Shown here in pieces: positions 45,924-53,576 of a stretch of 53,576 bases of DNA. How positions within the stretch are numbered: the first letter of the stretch is position 1; each line of letters opens with the position of its first letter. The stretch is from a virus, in IMG/VR virus record IMGVR_UViG_3300027580_000001. One strand, given 5' to 3'. The notes beneath the pieces were generated by a model, which searched no databases, was not told the origin of the DNA, and was given only the letters and a program-made list of their open reading frames with translations. The translations under genes and the position numbers were made by a program.

Positions 45924-46213
45924 TGCAGAGCATCGCCGAAGCCCTTCGATCAGGACTCGCCGCCCTGCGGCGGTTCCTGCGTGACCCGGTCGGCTACCTC
46001 AACGAGCTCCGCATCCGCCACCGGCGCCGGAAGCTCGTGCTCGCGTACGCGAAGGTCGGCCAGTACCGGTACGGACTCGGGAGCTACGGCTCGCTGATGT
46101 ACGCCTACGACCAGATCACATCCGAGGGGCTGGCCGTCAACGTCGACGGCGACCTCGTCTGGAGCTGGCCCGACGGTGACCTGGCCGACGTCGACGGAGG
46201 TGAGTCGACGTGA
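45923..46213 (+). CDS. Hypothetical protein
   Basis: TGATG coupling. Confidence 0.6.
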   Translation: MQSIAEALRSGLAALRRFLRDPVGYLNELRIRHRRRKLVLAYAKVGQYRYGLGSYGSLMYAYDQITSEGLAVNVDGDLVWSWPDGDLADVDGGEST

Positions 46214-46701
46214 CGGACCTCCGATCTCGCTACGAGGATGTCGAGCGCGCCGTCTGCTCGCAGGTGCCGTTCGAGATCTCCCATGTCCCCGACGACGTCG
46301 AGCGTCGGTACGACGCCGAGCTCGACCAGGCGCTCCCGACGTCGCCGCCGGTCGCCCGCAGCGCGACCGCGGGGACGCCGTTCGAGCTGAAGACCTGCCA
46401 GCCGCGGAAGGCCTCCGACGGCCGCCCCGGCCAGTGGATCTTCCACGAGAAGCCCCACGAGTTCCTGAAGGACGAGGGGGGCCGGTACCTCCTCGCGGTT
46501 CTCGACGAGCTCGAACTCGAGCGGTGGGTCGTCTGTGGTCCCCGCGACCTCGAGCACGGGCTGAACTGGTACGACTGTCCGGGGACGAAGGGCTACCAGC
46601 GGCAGGCCCACATCGAGTGGCCTGTCGTCATCGGCGAGGTCAGCTGGACGAGTCGCGGCCGCCTCGGCCGCATCCCCGACGACGGAGGTGAGTCGGCTTG
46701 A
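46210..46701 (+). CDS. Putative PD-(D/E)XK nuclease-like protein
   Basis: YDAE...PFELKTC spacing resembles the D...ExK catalytic motif. Confidence 0.5.
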   Translation: MTDLRSRYEDVERAVCSQVPFEISHVPDDVERRYDAELDQALPTSPPVARSATAGTPFELKTCQPRKASDGRPGQWIFHEKPHEFLKDEGGRYLLAVLDELELERWVVCGPRDLEHGLNWYDCPGTKGYQRQAHIEWPVVIGEVSWTSRGRLGRIPDDGGESA

Positions 46702-46958
46702 CCGACGACGTCCATCCGCTCGTCGAGCCGGTCGGCCGAGCCGAGCTCCTGCGGTACTACTGCTTCGGCATCCGGCCCGACTCGGCCTCCGAGCTCTGGG
46801 ACTCGGTCTACCCCTACCACGGCGCACCGCGTCGGTGCCCGTTCTGTGGCGAGATCTACATCCGCCACGGCGGCCACGCCGACCATCGCGACCGCTGCGA
46901 GGAGGGCCCGCACCCAGGCGCGAACCCCATCGTCGACGACGGAGGTGAGACCGCGTGA
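46698..46958 (+). CDS. Small Zn-finger protein
   Basis: RCPFCGE...H...C. Confidence 0.55.
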   Translation: MTDDVHPLVEPVGRAELLRYYCFGIRPDSASELWDSVYPYHGAPRRCPFCGEIYIRHGGHADHRDRCEEGPHPGANPIVDDGGETA

Positions 46959-48943
46959 GCAACCCGTTCATCGACGGGATGGACGACCGGCTCCGCGGCC
47001 GCTACGTGCGCGCCGTCTCGAACCAGGGCCGCGTCTACCGCGGGTGGGTCGAACGGATCCACCACCACGAGCGCCACCTGATGCTCCGGGACGCTACGCT
47101 CGTCGACGAGGACGAGACCGACGTCGGCTCGACGCTGGTCACTCGCGCCACCGAGGTCGCCGTCCTCGAGGACGACTCCCGCATCGAGCGGATCGCTCTC
47201 CGGACGATCGAGGCGGCGCCGTACCACGAACGCGAGTTCCAGGAGTCCGAAAACCGCGGCTACGTCGCGGACGTCCGCGACACCGGGTTCGTCGGCTCCT
47301 TCCCGGTCGTCCGCCCGATCGACGGCGACCTCGACCATCCCGGCAGCGAGGGCTTCGAGGTCGTCGAGGGCCACAAGCGGATCTGGGCCTGCCGCCAGGC
47401 GGGCATCGAGACGCACCCGGTCGAGATCGTCGACATCTCCGACTGGGCCGCGGCGTGCCGGTTCGTCGCCGACCACTATCCCGACCCCGGCCAGGTCGAT
47501 GGCGACGGCGCCGTCGGGAGCGGCTGCTACGAGGCAGACGACCTCGCGGCCTCCATCGAGACGTTGGTCGACCGCTGGGGCGAGCGCGCCCTCGAGCTCG
47601 ACCGCGTTCGGTTCAACGCCGAGCGACTGGACCTGGACGTCGCCGGCGCCGGCGACGCCGATCGGACCGCCGACGTCGACGAACCTGACCAGGAGGACAG
47701 CGCCGAGGACGACCAAGACGTCCCATGCCCCGACTGCGAGCGCTCGTTCGACGACGTCCGAGCGATGAAGAACCACCGGGCCCGGACGCACGAAGGCCGG
47801 GGACTCGACGTCGGCGAGGCCGAGTTCTGGTGCGGTATCTGCCAGAAGGGCCCGCTGACCGACCACGGTCTGAAGAGCCACCACGGTCACATGCACGAGG
47901 ACCAGGAACTCGACCGGGTCACGGACCCGCCCGAGGACTGGCTCGACGACGGAACGGATGACGTTCCGCCGCATCAGGACCCCGAACGGCTTCGCGAGGC
48001 CTACGAGGCCGCCGACGGCGTGATCGCCGACGCGGCGGAGGAGCTCGACGTCGACGTCACGACTGGCGCCGTTCGATATCAGCTGGTCCAGCACGGCATC
48101 CACGATCCGGAAGGCAACTCCAACGCCGACGGCGACGAGACGGAGGACGTCGACGAGCGTGACTCCTCCGAGGAGTCCACCGAGGACGACTCGACGACCG
48201 AGGCGGACGATGCCGACGACGCTGCTCCCGACGACGGGGGCGAGCGCGACGAGGAGGACGACGTCGACGAGGTCGAAGACGACTCCCCGGACGAGTCCGA
48301 GACCGAGGAGCCAGAGGAGACGTTCCCCCGGGAGTGCCACTGCGGGGCGACCCTCGAGGACTCCCTCGAGCTCGCGATCCACCGGACTGAGGAGCACGAG
48401 GTCCCGCAGTCGACGCTCGACCACCTGGAGCCCGGGGAGTTCGAGTCGATCGTCGAGGAGGCCGACGGCCTCCAGGACGTCGTCGCCGAGGTCAGCTGGT
48501 CGACCGAGCGGACGCTCCGGATGCTCGGCATCTACGGCCTCGAGGAGGTCGTCGGCTCCGGCGACCGGGAGCTCTCAGACGTCACCGACGTCGAGTTCGA
48601 GGGCGTCGACGCCGGCGCCGGTGCGGACGGTGAAAGTGAAGATGAAGCGGACGCCCAGCGGCAGGCGGCCGACGGCGGCCAGGACGTCGCCACCAGCGGC
48701 GAGAGTTCGGAGTCCGCGACGATCGACCTGGACGCCCTGCGCGTCAGTCGCGACGAGCTCGTCGACGCGGTCGCGAACGCGCAGACTATCCACCAGGTCC
48801 GCCGCGAGATGCACCACCTCTCACGGGACGAGGTCACCGACGTCCTCGAGGCGCTCGGGTTCCTCGACGAGCTGAAGAAGGGCGGGTCGAAGCGCAACCA
48901 CGACGCTGTCGAGCGCGCCGTCAGGGAGGTGACGGGTAGATGA
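46955..48943 (+). CDS. Multi-domain protein: Sm/LSm-like, ParB/Srx, C2H2 Zn fingers, HTH-like repeats
   Basis: YVRAVSNQGRVYRGWVE...LMLRDA (Sm1-like); PVVRP...EVVEGHKRIWA (ParB-N); CPDCERSF...H...H. Confidence 0.7.
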   Translation: MSNPFIDGMDDRLRGRYVRAVSNQGRVYRGWVERIHHHERHLMLRDATLVDEDETDVGSTLVTRATEVAVLEDDSRIERIALRTIEAAPYHEREFQESENRGYVADVRDTGFVGSFPVVRPIDGDLDHPGSEGFEVVEGHKRIWACRQAGIETHPVEIVDISDWAAACRFVADHYPDPGQVDGDGAVGSGCYEADDLAASIETLVDRWGERALELDRVRFNAERLDLDVAGAGDADRTADVDEPDQEDSAEDDQDVPCPDCERSFDDVRAMKNHRARTHEGRGLDVGEAEFWCGICQKGPLTDHGLKSHHGHMHEDQELDRVTDPPEDWLDDGTDDVPPHQDPERLREAYEAADGVIADAAEELDVDVTTGAVRYQLVQHGIHDPEGNSNADGDETEDVDERDSSEESTEDDSTTEADDADDAAPDDGGERDEEDDVDEVEDDSPDESETEEPEETFPRECHCGATLEDSLELAIHRTEEHEVPQSTLDHLEPGEFESIVEEADGLQDVVAEVSWSTERTLRMLGIYGLEEVVGSGDRELSDVTDVEFEGVDAGAGADGESEDEADAQRQAADGGQDVATSGESSESATIDLDALRVSRDELVDAVANAQTIHQVRREMHHLSRDEVTDVLEALGFLDELKKGGSKRNHDAVERAVREVTGR

Positions 48944-49032
48944 GCCCGTGGTTCGGCGTGAAGCTGTTCCTGGCCGCGCTGGTCGCGACGACCGTCATCG
49001 GGCTGCTCATCGCAGCCGGGGGGCAGCTATGA
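48940..49032 (+). CDS. Tiny membrane peptide (30 aa)
   Basis: MSPWFGVKLFLAALVATTVIGLLIAAGGQL; ATGA coupling and GGAGGTGA RBS. Confidence 0.55.
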   Translation: MSPWFGVKLFLAALVATTVIGLLIAAGGQL

Positions 49033-49360
49033 GGTCGTGCGATCACTTCCAGCCCGGTGGCTGTCCATTTAAGTACCCTGGTTACAAACGACTGAGACAG
49101 CAAGACAGGAGCACCGACGAAGATACCCGCCGCTGGCGGGCTTGGAAACCGGAGGCAGGTGGTACTACCTCTGGTTTCTGGTCCCGTCGTATTAAGCCTA
49201 CCGGACACAGAGAGCGGCGGCGCTGTCCACCGCGAACGCCGCGGAGCGCGCCTCGGCGCGTAGCAGCGCGATTCACTGGTCCGGTAGCCGTCACCACCGT
49301 GATCGGACCAAACCCGCCGACGACCCTGCGGGCCCTGGGGGCATCCCCGGTGATGTCCCG
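49033..49360. promoter_or_regulatory. Long structured non-coding region upstream of the Rep-like gene (leader or origin candidate)
   Basis: TTTAAG at 49068-73; 11-bp hairpin 49145-55/49168-78; stem 49198-206/49279-87. Confidence 0.45.
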
Positions 49361-52300
49361 ATGAGCCCGTGGGACGTCGTCGGCTGTTCAGACTGCGGCA
49401 CGCCCTGGCTCATCGAGCGCCAGCAGCGTCGCGAACAGGCCCGCGTTTCGTGTCCAAACTGTGGTAGGTCTATCGACGCCGACCGGCTCCGCCCGCTCGC
49501 CCAGCACGACACGAAGGCCGGCGCCGCAGAGCTCCGGTCGCGGATCCTCGCGAGCCGCGCCGGCGAGGACGAGCGGTACGCCGAGATGGACGACTACGCC
49601 GAGCAGGCCGACGCCGTCGACGACCAGCTCGACCGAGGGCCCGACGTCGACCAGATGGACCTACGGCCGACCGGCGCCGACCGCTACTCCGAGCTCGTCG
49701 ACGCGATGGACGAGCGCCGCGGCAGCCGGTTCGAGGAGGCCGCCGAGGAGGCCCTCGGCATGTTCGACGATGCGTACGCCGACGCCGTCGACGCCGGCCT
49801 CCCCGAGTGGCGCCGGAACCTCTTCCAGGACGACGTCGACGAGCGCCTCGAGGAGTGGGGCGCCGACGACGTCGTCGACGAGCGGACCGGCGACCTCGTG
49901 CTCGACGACCAGTACCCCGCGGACGCCACCGCGGAGATCGTCCTCGACGAGGCCGCGACGGTCGCCCGATCCTCGGCGGACAACCCCGGGGTGTGGGCCG
50001 ACCTCGTCGAACAATCCGGCTTCCAGACGGCGCTCGTCGAGGGCGTCCGTCGGTTCGCCGAGAGCCGCACCTCGAGCGAGCTCCAGGAGGCCCTCGAGTC
50101 CCGGGGCGTCGCCTACCCGCTGCGGAGCGTGATCGAGCGCCTCGCGCGCGGCGTCGAGCGCGACGACCCGGACGTTGCGGAGGACCTCGTCCGGCGGCTG
50201 ATCTACGGCGGCGAGGACCTCGACGGCCTGCTGTTCCTCGCGCGCCGCCTCGGCACGCAGCGCGCGCCGGTCGACCAGATCCTCGGTACGGCCCGCCTCG
50301 TCGGCTGGGCCACGAGTGAACACGCGGTGAACACGCCCACCATCTCGGTCCGCCTCGAGGAGTCCTTCCAGGACCAGAGCCCGGACCAGCGCGAGCGCGT
50401 CGTCCAGCTGCTCTGGCAGCTCGCCCGGAACTGCGAGGTCGTCGTCGTCGGCTCGCCGATCGACCTCCGGCGGCTCGCGGTGAGCCACGACCTGGAGCGG
50501 ACCGCGTTTAACGAACGGTGGACTGGACGGGGACGTACAGCACCTATCGACGACCGCGTCGACCGTGCCCTGGACGTCCTCGATCGGGAGTCGACTGGCG
50601 CCCGGATCCTCCGGCTGCTCCACAACGAGCACGACGAGACGCTGAGCTATCACGCCCTCGCTGCGGCGCTCGACGTCTCGAAGCCGACGATCTCGAACTG
50701 GGTCCAGCGTCGCGACGACGCGCTCGTCGAGCTCGGCCTGGTCGAGACCATCGAGGCCCGCGGCCGGTCGCACGTCGAGCTCGGGCCCGCCGGTCGAGAG
50801 GCGATCGAGACGATAGACACGGAAACCCCCCGACAGCAGCGGCTTGACGAGGTCTTTAGCGACTCGTTGCATCCGTCCGACCATGGACGTGTAAACCCGC
50901 GCGAGCACGAGGGCCCCCCCGCGAGAGACCCGCGGCGGAAGGGAACGGGGCTGGCGGCGGTCGCCACCCTGTCCCGCGAGGAGGCCTTCGGGGCGGCCGC
51001 CTCAGCCCGGGAGAACGGCTTCAGCGTGGTGGATCACCCGGTCGAGAAGGCCGACGACTACCGCATCCCCGGCATCTGGGTCGATCCTGGCGGGGGCCGC
51101 GTGGTCTCCTCGACTGAGTACGTCAACCCGATGCAGTACTGGGTGTCCACCGCCCGGTCGTTAACCCACTGGCGGATCTTCGAGTACTGCCTCACGCCGG
51201 AACGGCTGGAGTCCGCGGACTACGACTTCGTCGACCTGTTCGACGAGCACCGCCAGGTTCTCCGGTCGTCCCGGTGTCTCGGTCACCTTCCCGACGACCA
51301 CGAGACGGTCGAGGAGTTCGTCGAGGCGCTCCAGGAGGCCCGCGACCACCTCGAGGAGCTGACGACGAAGCTCCACAATGGCGACTACGAGGACGAGGAC
51401 TCCTTCCGCGGCACGATCCTTCGGGACGCTCTCGGCCTGGCCGGGACGATAGTCCACATCATGGACCTCGTCGACGTCGACGTCGTTCGCGAGGTCCGCC
51501 TCCCGACGTTCAGCTCGGACTTCGACGAGGACCGCTGGGACGACCTCGTCCGGACGCTCACCATCGGCGCCGCGATCCAGTCACGGTACGCCCAGTTCTC
51601 GGCGTACCGGCAGCTGTTCGAGCAGCGGAAGCAGAAGCTCGACTGGACAATCTTCGCCGACGTCGACGCTGCCGACCCGGTCGGCGAGCTGATCGGCTCG
51701 TTCGTCCTGGCCGGGAACTTCGGCGCCGTCGACGGCGAGAAGCGGGCGGCGTTCGTCGACGACCTCGAGGCGGAGCTGCAGGCACCGTCCGAGGTCCGGG
51801 ACGACGCTCCCGAGTTCACCGTCGACATCCCGGTCCGGGCGTTCGAGTTCGACCGCGAGCAGTTCGCCGTCGCGACGTCCAGGATGGCCGGCGAGAAGAA
51901 CCTCCGACCGACCCGGGAGACCGTCTCGCTGCTCCGGCTGTTCACCGGGAACCCGTACGACGTCGCGACGGCGCTGAACTGGCTGGAAACCGAGGACGTC
52001 CCTCGCGAACTCCGGCCGAGCGAGGTCCGGTTCGCGCTGTCGAAGCTGCCGGTCGACCGCCTCCTCCCACACTGCTCGCCGGGAGGCCGGGCTATCGTGA
52101 AGGCGCTGCTCGCCGTCGACGAACCGCTGTCGACGGGAGACCTCGCCGACGCCGCCGGCGTCGCCCGGTCGACGATCTCCCGGAACGGCGAGGCTGCCGG
52201 CGACCGACTCCAGGCGCTCGGCCTCCTGGAGCAGACCGACGAAGCCTGGCGGCTCCCGATCGCGTTCCGGACCGACGCGGAGCGGTACGACGAGATCGTG

Positions 52301-52654
52301 CCGTGGCCCGTCGAGGACGCCGACCGGCTGTACGTCCGGGACGTCTTCTACGAGGCGGCGATGGAGCTCGTCGACGAGCCGGAGAGATGGGGCGACCCCA
52401 GTGATCCCGTCTGCGGCTGCTGGCTCACCCTGACCGACGAGGGCCTCCCCGATCTCCGGCCGCTGCTCGAGCACTGGGAGTGGCTCGACCCCTGGGTCGA
52501 CGTCCTGGAGGACGTCCTCGAGGTCCGGTCGATGCTCGTCACCGTCGACGAGTCCTACGCCACTACCGAGTCTGTCGTGTCGTTCGGTGCGACCCCGAAG
52601 CAGGCCAGCATCCAGGCCACCGCTGACACTGCCACAGCTCTATCTGATGACTGA
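49361..52654 (+). CDS. Large putative replication protein (haloarchaeal plasmid RepH-like) with an N-terminal Zn ribbon and internal HTHs
   Basis: N-terminal CSDC/CPNC; HTH LSYHALAAALDVSKPTISNW; SSTEYVNPMQYWVSTARSL region recalls RepH-type proteins; 1097 aa. Confidence 0.55.
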   Translation: MSPWDVVGCSDCGTPWLIERQQRREQARVSCPNCGRSIDADRLRPLAQHDTKAGAAELRSRILASRAGEDERYAEMDDYAEQADAVDDQLDRGPDVDQMDLRPTGADRYSELVDAMDERRGSRFEEAAEEALGMFDDAYADAVDAGLPEWRRNLFQDDVDERLEEWGADDVVDERTGDLVLDDQYPADATAEIVLDEAATVARSSADNPGVWADLVEQSGFQTALVEGVRRFAESRTSSELQEALESRGVAYPLRSVIERLARGVERDDPDVAEDLVRRLIYGGEDLDGLLFLARRLGTQRAPVDQILGTARLVGWATSEHAVNTPTISVRLEESFQDQSPDQRERVVQLLWQLARNCEVVVVGSPIDLRRLAVSHDLERTAFNERWTGRGRTAPIDDRVDRALDVLDRESTGARILRLLHNEHDETLSYHALAAALDVSKPTISNWVQRRDDALVELGLVETIEARGRSHVELGPAGREAIETIDTETPRQQRLDEVFSDSLHPSDHGRVNPREHEGPPARDPRRKGTGLAAVATLSREEAFGAAASARENGFSVVDHPVEKADDYRIPGIWVDPGGGRVVSSTEYVNPMQYWVSTARSLTHWRIFEYCLTPERLESADYDFVDLFDEHRQVLRSSRCLGHLPDDHETVEEFVEALQEARDHLEELTTKLHNGDYEDEDSFRGTILRDALGLAGTIVHIMDLVDVDVVREVRLPTFSSDFDEDRWDDLVRTLTIGAAIQSRYAQFSAYRQLFEQRKQKLDWTIFADVDAADPVGELIGSFVLAGNFGAVDGEKRAAFVDDLEAELQAPSEVRDDAPEFTVDIPVRAFEFDREQFAVATSRMAGEKNLRPTRETVSLLRLFTGNPYDVATALNWLETEDVPRELRPSEVRFALSKLPVDRLLPHCSPGGRAIVKALLAVDEPLSTGDLADAAGVARSTISRNGEAAGDRLQALGLLEQTDEAWRLPIAFRTDAERYDEIVPWPVEDADRLYVRDVFYEAAMELVDEPERWGDPSDPVCGCWLTLTDEGLPDLRPLLEHWEWLDPWVDVLEDVLEVRSMLVTVDESYATTESVVSFGATPKQASIQATADTATALSDD

Positions 52655-52889
52655 AACAACCGACCTCTCCGAGTTGCCACCGAGCGCGAAGTACGTCTAC
52701 CACGTCATCGAGGCAGAGGGTGACGGCTCGCTCGGCCGCCAGGAGCTACGCGAGGAGACGGAACTCGCAGACACCACGCTGGATCGGGCGATCGAAAGCC
52801 TCCAAAACGGTGACTATCTGTTCAAGAGTCGAGATTCGGAGGACCTCAGACAGGTAGTGTACCATATCGGGGATAACCCTGAGACATAA
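52647..52889 (+). CDS. MarR/TrmB-like winged-helix protein
   Basis: LPPSAKYVYHVIE...LGRQELREETELADTTLDRAIESL...DLRQVVY. Confidence 0.8.
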   Translation: MTETTDLSELPPSAKYVYHVIEAEGDGSLGRQELREETELADTTLDRAIESLQNGDYLFKSRDSEDLRQVVYHIGDNPET

Positions 52890-52895
52890 CAGGTT

Positions 52896-53555
52896 ATGAA
52901 ATCTGATATACACCGACGGCAGTCGCCGACCAGGTCGTGCTCGTCCTCAAGCCGCCGAGAGGTGGTGTCCTGCTCAGACGCGGCTATCTCCTCTTCGGGC
53001 TCTCAAACCGTGATTCAACTCCCCGATGATCGCCTTGAAATCCCGGACGACCCACGCCGAATCTTCAGGGCCGTCGTCGCGGAGAACGACCACGTCTGCC
53101 AGGAGTGCTTCCAACGCCTCCGTCGGTACCAGGACTTCCCGTGGGAGGTCGGCATCGAGCGCCACGACGTCCTCGCGTTCGTCGAGCAGGACCTCCCCGA
53201 GGGCGCGAAGTGGAACTACCTCGACCGCGAGTACTTCGAGTCGATCAAGATCCACGACCGCCTCGGGCCCGCGTACACCGAGGACGGGAAGAGCTCGTAC
53301 TGCACCGGCTGTGGCACCATGGACCCGCATCGATCACCGCCGACGCGCTCGGCGGAACGTGCTCGCGACGACGCGGTCCAGCTGACCGTGACGCTCCACG
53401 AGTACGGCGTCGACCACGACTGGGTCCATCTCGTCGAGCGCGTCCAAGAGCTGAAACGCGAGCCCGAGACCGCCGGCGACGACTTCGAGTGCTTCAAGCG
53501 CGCGACGGCCGAGGCGGTCGTCCGCGCGCAGCATCAGGACGAGCCCCGACCTTAA
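52896..53555 (+). CDS. Hypothetical Zn-binding protein (true start uncertain, possibly downstream)
   Basis: CQEC and CTGC pairs; the first ~35 codons have atypical composition. Confidence 0.6.
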   Translation: MKSDIHRRQSPTRSCSSSSRREVVSCSDAAISSSGSQTVIQLPDDRLEIPDDPRRIFRAVVAENDHVCQECFQRLRRYQDFPWEVGIERHDVLAFVEQDLPEGAKWNYLDREYFESIKIHDRLGPAYTEDGKSSYCTGCGTMDPHRSPPTRSAERARDDAVQLTVTLHEYGVDHDWVHLVERVQELKREPETAGDDFECFKRATAEAVVRAQHQDEPRP

Positions 53556-53576
53556 CCAACACGCTGGAACAACTAC

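Overview
The whole 53.6 kb window looks like most of the genome of a temperate, contractile-tailed (myovirus-type, Caudoviricetes) virus or provirus of a haloarchaeon. The evidence is high GC, very acidic proteins, archaeal TATA-type promoters, and Orc1/Cdc6, ParA and wHTH/RHH regulators. No host flank is visible, and the first ORF is truncated at the left edge. Layout: (i) ~0.9-25.7 kb (+) packaging and virion operon (HNH, two TerS-like genes flanking a ParB-DNA methyltransferase, TerL, extended portal, MuF, protease/scaffold, decoration protein, HK97-type capsid, neck, sheath, tube, chaperone with a probable +1 frameshift, tape measure, baseplate, fibre); (ii) 25.8-28.1 kb (-) accessory operon with a COOH-NH2 amidoligase and a class II glutamine amidotransferase; (iii) 28.9-36.5 kb (-) maintenance and immunity arm (short tyrosine recombinase, ParA plus partner, HerA-like ATPase, DUF6884-like protein, Zn-finger regulator, wHTH repressor); (iv) 36.7-53.6 kb mostly (+) early and replication genes (Orc1/Cdc6, divergent RHH pair, many small ORFs, Sm-ParB-ZnF protein, probable RepH-like initiator). 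The most notable unexplained signals are A-x-L-A motifs separating cargo domains in the portal and protease, two TerS candidates sharing one C-terminal tail, 23 copies of a 9-bp repeat inside three genes (candidate centromere), a recurrent TTAACCAACA inverted repeat, and a three-way-junction leader RNA. All family assignments come from motif recognition by eye; no database searches were run.
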